A stretch of DNA of 64,000 bases, from NCBI GenBank assembly GCA_964188305.1, contig OZ076886.1; one strand, written 5' to 3'. A model generated the notes under the pieces. It was given only the letters and a program-made list of their open reading frames with translations, did not search any database and was not told the DNA's origin. The position numbers were made by a program, and so were the translations under genes. The DNA comes from Podarcis bocagei (Eukaryota). Positions 1 through 31,744 of the stretch are shown piece by piece; within the stretch, counting starts at the first letter, position 1, and each line of letters begins with the position of its first letter.

Positions 1-849
1 CAGCCCAGTCTTATGATGACTATTGAGGAAAGGGGGAACTTCCCTCTCATTCGTACGGCTTGTCATATGGCTGTGTTGCTTATAATCAGCCTGTCGGTTT
101 ATGTATTACTGTCTAAAGTTGAGCTGTTGCTGTTTTGTTCTTAGATGAACATTATATTGACAAGAATCTAGAAAGTTATTGAGGTTGCTAGGAATTGTTA
201 CTGTTTGCTACAGGTCAGCAAGTGTTATGTAGGTATTTTATTACTTTGTGGATCCAAAGGTTGCCATACCTGAAGGCTGATTCATACACTCCCAAGTCAC
301 AATATTATCCAAACCAGGATACAAGTTGTTTTAGAAAAACAGAACATTATTTACTGTTTTCTTCTGCAAACTCATTCTGAGTAAAGGCAGCCAGGCTTCA
401 ACTAAACTACCAAGACCTTGTGTCAACGCATTGGTCTACACGCGAAGCCTTTCATACAGTGGGAATCCTGAAGGTTGTGAATCATGCAGCCTACAGGTGT
501 TAGCCTATGAGACTCGCAACATGAGGCTGTTCTCACAGGGCTTGCTCCTAGGTATGCACACAGGGCTGCAACCTAATACAATGGGAAGCAAGAACCAACA
601 TGCATTATCTAGTTGCACTCCTTACAAAACCCTGTAAGGTCAATCTGTATTATTGCCTTCCTATACTGCACATGATTTGAAGCAGAGTGGTTGTAGCCAC
701 CTGTTGAGTACATGGCACAGGTGAGATTGAAACCAGGGCGGGGGTAGGGTTCCTGATTCGTAGGAGCAGGATTGATGCTATTCTATGCTATGCTGGCTCA
801 TCTATACATCATAGGAGAAAGCAGATGTTGTTAAAGCCAAGTTTCTTGA

Positions 850-19803
<18,954 letters not shown>

Positions 19804-21335
19804 AGCCCGTGTCCTGATCAGCTATGAAACGTGTGGTGCTTCTTTTCATCATATTATATTAAAATTATTTCAATTGTTCCAATCACTTTGGAATCATCCA
19901 CAGATAATATCAGTTTTTGTGTAGCTCGTGGCTTTTAGAAATCAAACAATCAAATCTTATTGTCCCCTACCCCCTGGATTGGAACTAATTGGCTGAGCCA
20001 TCTGATTACTGGCTTCTCTGATATAACACTTGATCAATTGGTGATTGCTAATTTTAAACCTGATGTTTTATGTCCGTTAAGGCTTGATCAAACACTCAAA
20101 CCCTGTTGGGAGATAATATGGGGCAGTTGTCTATTAATGAGTATTTTTATTTTCTCTTGAGTGATTGGATTGTTTTACATAGAGGAGCATAATTAATAGT
20201 CTTTCTACAGTTAGTTTCACAGCTAGTGAATAGTATCGGCAATGTAGATCGCCTGCTAATTCATAGAACCATAGAATTCTATGACTGTTTAATAGTAGCT
20301 TCTGGGAAATAGTGTTCTTGCCCCTGTCTTTGTGGAAGATGTATTTCTGTGATTTCAAAAAAAGGTCTGCAAAATTTATTATGGGATTAATTGATCATTT
20401 AAAGTTTAATTTGTACTTCTAATTACTTTGACAGCTAATTTTTAAAAGCTAATTTAAAAATATTGTTAGTTTTTAAAAACAACAACTGCAGGTGGTGTTA
20501 AGACTCTTTTAAACACCCATTAAAAAGAGGCCTTTCTCTTTTCGTTCACATGAGAAGGAATGCCTCTTCTAAGAAGTTGCCTGCTATAACTAAACTAAAC
20601 ATTTTATAAGAAAACAAGAAATATGCTTCTTGCTTCAGGACTCTTTTATTCTATTCAGATGCAATTTCTGGAAATGGCATGAATTTTAGTGAATAGATTC
20701 AATCAGTCAACTAAGGTGTTTTTAATAGGGTGGCAGCCCTAATTTATAATTTATATGAAGAGGACATAGTAATGTCTTAATTTGTTTTCTTTATAAAGTA
20801 GAATCATAGAAATATATTTCTTCTACAGTTTGGCAAACGGAGGCAAACTGTTATTTCTTACTCCCGTGTAATGTTACTAGACATTACTAATACCAGGGTA
20901 AACATGCATTTGAAACACTTCTGGATAGAACCACTGTCAATATGGAGTAAAGAAATGGCACTTGTGGAAAGGAATAATACACAACTACTCCTTTCCCTGT
21001 TGCTTCTCCATTCTAGGCTGTAGATGGTGCAAAGTTGGGCTGCTGAGGGGTGTGGCCTGGGGAGAGAGGGGATGTTGCTGAGGAGGAAGAGGAGAGTCCT
21101 GAGACCCAGACAGAGAAGCCCCCAGGCCTGAAGTTCCCAACCCCTGACATAAATTTACCTCCTCGGAGATTCGAAAGCAGCTTGCGGGGGGGGGGGGGTT
21201 CTGAGAAGAAACATTCTAGTGCACACAATGGCATTTGTGCCTCAAGATGATGCTGTAAAATTCCAAAAGGAAAAAGGTGGAGCTTCCCCATATGTCGAGA
21301 TGGGCCAGTAAACTGCAGTACTTAAAAAATAAATA

Positions 21336-21577
21336 CAGTGGTACCTCGGGTTAAGTACATAATTCGTTCCAGAGGTTCGTTCTTAACCTGAAACTGTTCT
21401 TAACCTGAAGCACCACTTCAGCTAATGGGGCCTCCCGCTGCTGCCGCACCGCCGGAGCACGATTTCTGTTCTCATCCTGAGGTAAAGTTCTTAACCTGAG
21501 GTACTATTTCTGGGTTAGCAGAGTCTGTAACCTGAAGCGTATGTAACCTGAAGTGTATGTAACCCGAGGTACCGCTG
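21336..21577. mobile_element. Tigger/pogo-like MITE
   Basis: TA-CAGTGGTACCTCGGGTTA...TAACCCGAGGTACCGCTG-TA; internal TAACCTGA repeats. Confidence 0.87.
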
Positions 21578-22577
21578 TAAATCGTTTCATACTTCCTGAC
21601 AGCCAAATAATTCCCAGGGTGATTCACAAAACCAAACCAAAGCAGTGTAGCTGTTGCTAATACTCTAAATTCTAAGCATCTTGTAAACAAGTTTGGTAGA
21701 TTAGAAAAAGTTTGTCACTTGAATCCTGCATTGCCACATATAAACAAAACTATTATAGGGGCCAGAGATGTTGCCAGGAACAGCCTCTCCCCCAACAGAG
21801 GCACTTGCTTTGTTCAACCGATTTTCACTAGACTAACTTCATGTTGGGGGTTGGGGCTGGAGAATCAGCTTCGGTCGTGCTTATGGTTACATTGCTTAGA
21901 TCAGGAGTGGCCAACCCATCAGCTAAGAGGTTTGATGGCTTCTTATTTGAAACGTTTTTGGCAATTTCTCTCCTCTCCCCGCGTCAGCAGAACAAAGAAA
22001 ACCAATGGCATCAGCATCACAGTGAATAAATAAAATGAATTTGTGTGAATTTTGAGTGGCGGAAGTGGGACTTTGAGGGAAAACAATCAGCTAAAAGTAT
22101 ATAAAAGAAAATACAAATAGAATGAATTGGGGAAGGAAAGAAATGGGTTGGCTATAAAAGGGATTAATTTCCTTCTTTGGCCTTAGCCCACTTTACCATT
22201 CTTCTCACAGTGTTGGGCATGGGTCAGTGCAGCCCTTGACCAGAAAACGTTAGCCCCCCTCCCCAGCTTAAATCCAGGAGTTTTAGTTTTGTAAGATCAA
22301 TATCACAATTATGGTGATATCTCGTGGCAAAGTAAGGGAAAGGAGGACATATCCTTGTGAATCTCTAGGAGGTCTTGCATTTGAGAACTGAAAGAAAAGA
22401 TCCTAGATACTGGATTTTTTGTTCTTCAGGACTGGTTAAGATTTCTGTCTCTATGTATATCTTGGATTCCATTAAGATGTTTAACTGATGTTAATCTCAA
22501 AGGCCAGATGCAAGACTGTAACACCCTACAGTGCTTTGATTAGGGATCTCATGTCTTTCCTGGATAACAGTCAAGGT

Positions 22578-22713
22578 CAGGCATAGGCAAACTCAGCTCT
22601 CCAGATGTTTTGGGACTACAATTCCCATCATCCCTGACCACTGGTCCTGTTAGCTAGGGATGATGGGAGTTGTAGTCCCAAAACAGCTGGAGGGCCGAGT
22701 TTACCTATGCCTG
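22578..22713. mobile_element. Palindromic hAT MITE
   Basis: CAGGCATAGGCAAACTC...GAGTTTACCTATGCCTG, nearly fully self-complementary; 8-bp TSD gtcaaggt/gccaaggt. Confidence 0.85.
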
Positions 22714-24035
22714 GCCAAGGTAATAAAGGGAGGAGAGGATCTGGTAGATGAGGCTATGTGGTATGAAACCCTAGCAGCTTAAATCAAGAGCCCTTTTGAT
22801 AAGAATGCATGTTCTCATCTCACGTTTTGTGTTTGAAGAGTACAAATACTACTAATGTCTTCATTCTAAGAGATTGAGTTCATTCTTGTTAACTGAAACC
22901 TATTTAATTTCACTTAAGGGTAGAATAACAGCTCGTTTTTTTTGAAGTCTCTGAGAAGGAGAATAACAACTGTTATACTGCCAGCGGCTAGCAGGCCTTG
23001 CTGAAAACTGATACCTGTACAGGTGTCTTATGAAAGTCTTCTTCCTACTTCTTTGATCTCTGTTCTGCACCAGGAAGTCAGTTTGTAGAAGTCGATGTGT
23101 AGATGAATGGAAATTTTCTTAAAAGTTGCCATGAACCATGCAAACCTACACTGGAGCAGGTATAATCATTAGGGTGCCTTGGGTATGTGCCTTACACATT
23201 TGTGTTTTGTACTTCCATTGAAGAGTAGGATGACTCATTTCATCCTGCAAAGAGATGAGTTCACTGCTCCCAAATCTGTTACCTGGAAATCTTGCTTTTG
23301 GGGAGATGTACCACTTCTGATGGTGGAGAAAAGTTGGTTCAGGCTTTTAGAATAAAATGACGGTGTGCTTGATGGTAGGTAAAGATCATTGGGGCACTCA
23401 TTAGAGCTCCTTGGGTACACATCTGTCTGGCTCATTGACAGGACAAAATGTTCATATTGTGCGGGAGAGTTGAGTATCGGATGCAGTCGGACAGGACAAA
23501 CTTTGAAAACTCCAATAGGAGTTTGAAAATGTGTAAGGAATATTGGAAACTGCTGCATATTAGATCAGGCTCTTGGTCCATGTAAGCCCAGTATTACAGT
23601 AGCTCTCTAAGGTCACAGGCAGAGGTGCTTTGCATTGCCCACTAGCTGAGATCTCAGGGATTGAACTTGGGATCTTCTGCATACAATGCATGGGATCTAC
23701 CTTGTCCAATAGCCCTGATCTGAACACAACTAGAAAACTATTTGTGCATTTCATTGCACTCTGTAGTGGTAAAACAAAGCCTATGTATAAATGGCTTTTT
23801 TTGGCCTGAGCAGAAACTATGTAGGGTGGTTTAACTTGACCTCAAGGATCAGGTAGCAACTTGTATCCAATGGCTGCTGCTAGAACGACTGTGGTCTAGG
23901 ATAGACTGAGCTTCTAGGATAGAGATTTGCAATTGGCAGCCTTTGAGTCCCTGAGGGGTAATTTTTGGTTGTTCAGACATTCTACTTGTGTGTAAAAACA
24001 ACTTGCAAGTGGGGAGAAGTGCACTAAACTTCACC

Positions 24036-24172
24036 CACTGTTTTCCTCAACACTTGAGTCACCAAGATGTTGCTGGGCTACAACTCCCATCATCCCTGAC
24101 CACTGGTCCTGCTAGCTAAGGATGATGGGAGTTGTAGTCCAACATCTGGAAACCTAAGGTTGAGAAAGACTG
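24036..24172. mobile_element. hAT MITE related to 22578-22713
   Basis: Shared core ctacaactcccatcatccctgaccactggtcctg...gatgatgggagttgtag. Confidence 0.75.
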
Positions 24173-25120
24173 ATCTAACATGTACAACCTCTTGTGTCTG
24201 TGGAGGCTTCCTTAAGCAATTTCAAACCTATATCTTCCTGGGTCCATAATCACACTGGAAGCCTCCATGACTGTAGGAGGTTGTCTGCTTCAGATGTTTA
24301 ACATCCCAACTTATGGAGGGTGATGGAGCCGGAGCTTAGCAATTTGCCTCTGCTTGCTTGTTGTTTTCACATGCCACTGGAATGCCTGAAGACTAGTATG
24401 TTGAGTGTTAAATGTGTCGTGACATATCTTATCTGTGATGAGAGGTGGTAGTATCACATAGCTTGTTGCCTAATACAGTTATTGGTTTAAAGGGAAGGAA
24501 AAGTATTGTGTATAGGCACTGTAGCTGGGTTCAAACTTGTGACTCTTAAGGATCTCTCCCTCCTGGACTTGTGCATTGACTGCGATAATGAAAACATTTC
24601 ATTTGGGTTGTTCAATCAGCTAGCAGCATGTGCTTATGTTGGTAGTTCCCAGTGAACACTGGAAAAAACCAGACTTCTACCTAGGGCTACATAAGGGGCC
24701 CAGAGGCCTAAGACCAAGCATTCAAAGTGCAACTGAACCTATATTGGGATCTCTTTGAGTTTCTGATAAGCTGGTGTTCAGAACAATGGAACTGAAGACT
24801 GATGCATATTGAGAAATGTATTCTGGAATGATGGAAATTGTTACAACACATGAATATATAGAGGAATCAGCTAAGACAAAATATTGTGATTTAATCCAAC
24901 CCAACTCTATGCATATTTTCTGGGAAGCGAGGCTTCACTGATGTTGGTGGGTCTTATGCTAAAGTAAATGTGCATAGGATTACAGCCTTAATTTCACTAT
25001 ATTTCCATGAACTAGCAAAGGAAAGCCCATAGGTAGTGAGAAGTGTTCAGGAATTGGCCAAAGGGCAAGCATTGTGTTTGAGTTAAGTATATAAAGCTTG
25101 CTGTCTTGTTCTCTTTTCAG

Positions 25121-25180
25121 AATGTATGCGTTAGCCGCTCTCGAGAAGAAGCTTTGAGGACTGTACCTAATCATTTGTAG
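25121..25180 (+). CDS. PFKFB4: Putative alternative (duplicated) PFKFB4 terminal exon 14b (NVCVSRSREEALRTVPNHL*)
   Basis: Strong acceptor ctgtcttgttctcttttcag|aat; same phase and length as exon 14a; 12/19 aa identical. Confidence 0.8.
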   Translation, partial: NVCVSRSREEALRTVPNHL

Positions 25181-27773
25181 CACCTTTGACCTCCCCTTGC
25201 CAGCACCGTCCCAAACTGCTGAAGCAGTGCTAAGGAAACCACTCAGGGAGCTGAGAATGAAGGCAGCCTTCAAGGAAGCCAAGCAACACAGAAATGCATC
25301 CACTCCTCCTCTTCTTGAAGACGGTGTTTCAGCTGCCTGGGTCTGGCACAAGGCAAAGTTGGCATTAAAGGTTGAAATGGACCAAGTATTTGTGGAACAG
25401 AGAATGAAACTGCTTTTAAATTAATATATGTTGTCTTTATCCTGTTGTTCTTCGACTGTGGGTGTTAAAAGTATGAAATGCTGGTGTCTCTCTTAATGCT
25501 GTATCTTAGCTTTCTTCTGCAATACTTTCCTAAGCCTTTCTTGCTGTGATTTCCTGTTTTATTCCTATATTATATATAAAATCTTTACCGGACATAGAAC
25601 GGGTGTTTCTTCAACTGAGGATTCTTCCAACTATTTATTTTAGTATACTACAAAAGGGACCACCAGTCTCCTTGTATTATATTAATCCAGTTAATATATC
25701 AATTTTAGCAACAAGCAGTGTTGTCCACTTCAAGTCATTGCTTTGCAGTTAAACATTTGATTTTCTTTCTTTTTTTTTGGTAGCTGCACTAATTTCTAGG
25801 TAATTTTACTAAAGGCTCCACTTGATGCTTCACAGCATTTAATGGAAAGCCAGAATAGGTAATATTTTCCCAGATGCATTCCATCTATCTTGTTGAAATG
25901 TTCCAGAACTCCTGGGTTATTATTATTATTTGAATAGTGTGTGAATAGTTTCCTTTCCACATCATGCGTACGGCAAACCTATTTTGTCTGTTTATTGAAA
26001 ACCGCATATTTTACTTAACTGTTTTTACCTGGTCCCCCCCTTTTTTACACCCCCTCAAACTCCAAACCCCAAGCAGAGAAGCCTATGAAAAGGGAGGGTT
26101 TTTAATTGACACTCATGTAAATATTGCTCCAAATGGAGCAGATAGTAATACAATAAAACAATGTGCATGGTGGTTACCAGAGGTGAATGGCAATAACAGT
26201 GCAGGGAAAGTGTAAGACAAATTACTAGAGAGACCAAATTATTATGAAGTGCTCCTGAGTTATTGGCATTAATGCACGCTTGTTCTTACCCATCTTCTTG
26301 AACCAAAGTCACAGATGAAGTATTAGCTGTTTTGGGTTTTTATTTTTCTTACGTATTGGTGATATTTAAGTTAAAATGCATTGGGTGGGAAAGATGAAAG
26401 CGATCCTTTATTGCATATCTTCTACTTTATTGATGAGAACAGGATTTGCACATTCATAAATGGAAACAATCTTCCGTCCCCCCCAAAAAACGAGGACTCA
26501 GGATTCTTTCTTTCCGTGAACCTTAAGCAGCCACATCTTTGCCTCAGTGCATTCCTTGAGTGGAGCTCAAGAGCATAGTGAAGAACGGGGCCCTCTAGGA
26601 TTTTCAAGTATTTATATGCAAAGAGGGATACTATGCTGTAAGTGAACTTGTGAAATTGGATCAGTCCTGCTTTAGGGTCACAACCCAACAGGGATAAGCT
26701 CCAGATATATCCTGTTGCAATGAATGGGAGGCGTGTGAAAGAAATTCCTGTTAGTGATAAAACTTCATGCATGTTAGGCCAGTTGTGTTTGTTGTACTAA
26801 GCCAACGTGTAGTGTAAATAATCTTTCCATGTGATACAAATCAGCAAGCAGCAGATTAGGTGCCTGTTTGTTCTTGAACCGAAGAAAGCTTTGTCCCGTG
26901 TGATTTGAATGCTTTTTTGCCTTGCTGTCTGTGCTGGTACCTCATCGAACCTTGCCATGCTGTTAATGTTAAGAGTTCTCTGCAATGGACTATGTAAGCT
27001 TTGCCTAGTGGGGACTCGTTTATGTGGCTGGGTGCTATAATGTAACATACTGCCGTGTTCTTCATTTCTTTAATAAGGTAGCTTAGCAATATATTCAGCG
27101 TTCTGGAGATAAGCCATAAAGCCAACCTTATTTCAGAAACATAAAAAGGACTATGTTAAACTATCAAACACTTCAAAAGCGCTTTAGCTGTACTCCATCC
27201 TTTAAGATAATATGCCTTGACATCATAATGTATTTATTCAGGTAGATCACTACTTACTGGAGTAGATGAAAAGGGAGCGTTCTGCTGTTGGCCCACAGTA
27301 CAGTGTCAGCTGGAGAAGGGGATTTTGGGTAATGGCTTAAATCACAGATGAATCGTGTCAACAGCCTAGCCCTAACTTCTCTAGATGTGAGCCACAAGTA
27401 ATTATTCTTATTATTGGCTACTTAGTGGGCTTGAGTGAAAAGTTGAGGATTCACGAGCAGAAAATTGTGCAGGTATAACTTTGGATTTTAAGTGGTAAAT
27501 GTGGTTCTTATAAGAAAATACTCTCCTTTGAGTTAGCTAAGCCTGCAAGCTAGCCTTCATTGGCAGGTGTAGCATTTTCTTCTAACCTTTTCTTAACCAG
27601 AAGTATTTGCTTTCTCTCCCCCGCCCCACCTTCATATTTCTCAATGTGCTGTAAAACTGTGGCTAAATATTTTATGTATAGTAGATATTTTTATAGGCTA
27701 CATCTAAATATACTGTGATAACAGTAGTTTCTATTTACAAGATTGTATAACTGAAAAAATTGTTGTGTGTAAG

Positions 27774-27779
27774 AATAAA
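27774..27779 (+). terminator. Putative polyadenylation signal ending a ~2.6-kb 3'UTR after exon 14b
   Basis: AATAAA preceded by an AU-rich, TGTA-rich stretch typical of 3'UTR ends and followed by TG/T-rich sequence. Confidence 0.5.
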
Positions 27780-30499
27780 TTATAAATGTATGTTGATACT
27801 TGAAAATGAAAATACTAGGAAGCTCTGGATTCTAATTTAACTTAAGATGTGATCCCAATTCCACAATTTGGAAATGAGCCCCTTTGAAATGAGTTTGCTT
27901 GCTTCAAAGTAAATGAGTTTAAAAATGATAGGTTAGATGGTTGGTGTGCCACCAGCTTCATCTGGGTTTCTAGTGATCAACTAATCCAGAAGACCTTTTG
28001 TATTTGTTGATCCACAGGACTGCTTCATTCTCTACTTTTGAAAGTGTGAATGAAGAGCGTTTCTAAAAATATGGATCTGACAGGTACATTTATCAGAGAG
28101 TTGCCATTACTAGCCATTTCCTTTTAAGTGTACACTTGAATGAAAGCCGGTGGCTTTGCTTATGTGAAATGCCTCTCAGTAGGTACTAGAAATGGAAAAG
28201 GTTATGAAAATTATTTCCTTTTGTCATAACATGTATCGTAGACCCAAATGATTTTGAATGAGATAATTAGGGTGTGACTGTTAACTCACCTAGTTCTAAG
28301 GATATATTTGGCCTTCAATTTAATCTTACATGAGATTTATTCCAAGCTAATAAACATTGTTTTAAATTGTGAGGGATGCTAATTGACTTTTCTCTCGCCT
28401 GGATTTTTTTTTTTTTGACACTTCAGGTATGTGCAAACATGTCCAGCTCAAGTGCAATGATGTTCAAACTGAAATCTGTCAAATTGGGTCAAGCATATAT
28501 TTCAAATGCTATTGATGAATACTGAGTCATTTCCAGGTTTTTATATTCTATAACAACAGGCCAGGAACTGTGAGGTTTGCTGGAGTTAGTGCTAGATGAA
28601 CTGTCACTAGATGAACTGTCAATGTTTGGTTTTAAGCAGCACTGCTGTATTTACATATGTTTTTTTAAAGTGTTGCTGGCACTTTGAGACTAGCAGAAAC
28701 AGGGGACTGCTTCTTTTAAACACCTACTACTCCTTCAACCATAATTTATTTACCCCCTGCCATTACTCTTAAAACGACTCTTCTTTTAGGCTGCCATTGC
28801 CAGTGTTTAAATAGCACTGTCGTTGTTCCAGGTTGTTTCCTGAAAATGCTGGATTAATTTAGATAAAAGAGAATCAGAACCTTATCTTTCTACAATTTTC
28901 AGCTATCTTTCTACATTTTTTTACATCAAAGAGTGCAATTTATTTAATGTAGTGATGCAAGTGTAGCACTGTATCCTGACATGTCCATTTTATAGGGCAT
29001 AGAACCCACATGGCTCGTAGCCGCTGGGAGAAAAGGAAAGCATTAGGACAATCACTAACTCTGTTGTCTTCATGACTGCTGTATGATAATTCTATGAACA
29101 CGCATCCCTCTCTTTTCTTAATTCATTGTACCAGTCTTTGGCCAGAATACATTGTCTTAATGTATGCCTTTTAAAAAATGCCTGTGACTAGGGTAGAGCC
29201 CGCTAATAATTAGAGCCGACAGCAGCAGTACAGTCCCCTCTATGTAGCAAATCTTCTATAACTCTCATCACTTTTCCAGCTGCTATCACCCTTTCCTCGG
29301 CCATCCCTTCTTTTCCATCTTTTCCGTCTTCCTCTGTGCTTTTAAACTGAATTGTTGAGAGATTTCACTCCCTAGAGAATAACTACTTAACAGATTTTAA
29401 CCAGCTGGTTCCACAAAGTCATGGTTCATAAGATGCTGAGATGATAGATTCCTTTCATTTTTGTTTAGGATGGAGATAATTGCGGTTAGGGAGTAATCTG
29501 TTAATTGTGCCTCACAAGTTGGAGGCTTTAAATGCTTAAAGCAGACTGAACTCCACCATGCTCAGTATTTAGACCTCTCCTATTTTATCTTAGTCTGAGT
29601 CTTTGTTGTTGACAAAATCTAAAAACATGGAAAATGGTGTGATGGATCCTTTTTTCACCCTATTCCAAAATTATTTTTGAAGGGTTGTTTTGTTCTTAAC
29701 AAAACAACAGATAGAAAATGACCCTTCCTGCTAGTCAGTACTTTTCCTCCTAGGACCAATGGGATGATTCTGGGATCAATTCTGCCCGGCTCTCTATCTT
29801 GTGTAGTCCGCATTAACCGCAGACTTGTGGCTAGGAAGGATCTGTCTAGAAGTGTTCTAGTTTCCCTGAAAGTTACCAGGCATCTAACACTACAAATTCT
29901 TGAATGTTTGTTTGTGTGCCTGATGTTGATGATGTGTAATGGGTGAGGACACTGAGTTGGCAAGTACAAGCCATGCGTTGGTAACATGGCACAAATTCAT
30001 TTTAAGAATTCTAAGTAATATAATTTAATGTAATTAAGGTATGTCAGTAGCTGAATTAACACTATGTGCCCAAGACCCAGCAAAGGGTGGCCCTCATGTT
30101 CCCACTTCCCATTCTCCTGTGTGGCTAGATTTCAGTTTCAAATAATGTTGATGTGTCAAACAAACCAATTCCAAACCATGGGTTATGAAGTTGTCTTGTT
30201 TAACTAGGTAGTTTTGTAGACATCATCAGCTGCTGTCTTGTAATTCATAGTATTGTTGTATTTCTTTTCTCAGCTGATCAAGGAATTTTTACTTTCCTTT
30301 ACCATCCTATGATGTTTGGAAATACGCTGACAAAGTAGTGCAGGAATAGGGAAAGTTAGGCCTGGGTGGGAGGCAAAACTATCCCTGGACTTTCTAGTCC
30401 AAACCTCCTCCTGGCCCTTCTTTCACATCCTGTGTTTTTGTCTGATTAGACCGTGTTATTGTAGCCTAATGCCTCTTGCTTGCCTGCATGAAGAATAGA

Positions 30500-30501
<2 letters not shown>

Positions 30502-30540
<39 letters not shown>

Positions 30541-30547
30541 TGTGTGT
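30502..30547. repeat. (GT)n microsatellite
   Basis: Direct reading. Confidence 0.95.
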
Positions 30548-31738
30548 AGAAACTAGCCTGATTTACAAAAGTTAAATTGAGTTGCCTCTCTGCCCCTTCT
30601 AAACACTCGCATGCACCCCCAAGAAGCGTGGCCATTGAGCTGAAAAGGATTCCTGATTCCTGATGGCTATATAAATAAAGAAATAGTAGCTCCAGGAAGT
30701 GGCCTAATATGTCCAGAGGTACATTCTGAATTTATGGAGGATTTAGAAATTGCTGTTACGAAGGAAGTTGCCTGAGGAGAATTCAGTTTATATCAGGCCA
30801 GTCTTGAGCCCAGAGTCATTTTTAAACTTCCTAATTTCATGAAATATCTGGATAATACACCCAGAGTCCTAGCTGGCAAATCTTGTGTAGACTACCATGA
30901 CAGACCTATATTTAATTTAGTATTACCTCAGTGTTAAAAAAGTAGTTTACAAATGCATAGTGGTATTTGTAGCTGTGGAAACTTGTACTTTTGCCTATAA
31001 AAACAAACTCCTAGGAAGCATTGTACTGCCTGACTCTTTAGCCAAAGTGTCTGCTGTTGATGCCTAGAGAATAAATATTTTTAGTAACCTATGAAACCTG
31101 GCACATGGGAAAGATACGTCTTGCAGCAAGCTGGACTTAACAAATCATGTGACTTTCAACAAGAGTAAGGCTAGATTTGTAGCTATCAAAACAGAGAGTT
31201 TCCACAGTAGGGATATTTCAAGTTGCAAGTGGTGTGTTTCTGCCTTGAAACATAACCCAACTTTCAAGAAGCAAAAATATTAAAGTGAAAGTTTATGTGT
31301 ATCTTAAAAAGAATCATGAATGTTTAAAAATGCTGTCATGTGTTCCTGAGAGAGCATCCCAGGGGACCATAGCCATTCTAATGGATACCAGAGCTCTAAT
31401 GTTGGTGCCTCCGAAGCCTAGGGCTGAACCAATGGCAGAACACTGTTGGCATTAGAGATAGAAAGGGAGTGTTGCTCTGGCAACACCCTGGGAATTAATT
31501 CCAAGGGACATCCATTTTAGGCCTCAGGGGAAGCCATTGCAGGGAAGGCAATATTTATGGTAGTGGAGTGGGGGAAGTAGGAATACTTGGTAGCTAGGGC
31601 CCCTGCAGGTTACCAAGAATATCCTCAAAGTCAGTGGTGGCTTGTGCTTAAAAGAGCCTGCTTTGTGGGTTAGTGTCCAGGTCATTCGATTTCAGAGGGT
31701 AAAATAGGAAGGGCAGCGTTTCAGATAATAGATGTATT

Positions 31739-31744
31739 TTTATT
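31739..31744 (-). terminator. Putative distal PRKCD polyadenylation signal
   Basis: AATAAA on the minus strand ~1.2 kb after the stop. Confidence 0.4.

Noticed and set aside
25197-25424. 75-aa protein-like ORF after exon 14b
   Set aside because: TTG start, separated by stops from both usable frames of exon 14b, no recognisable homology; likely a chance ORF in the UTR.
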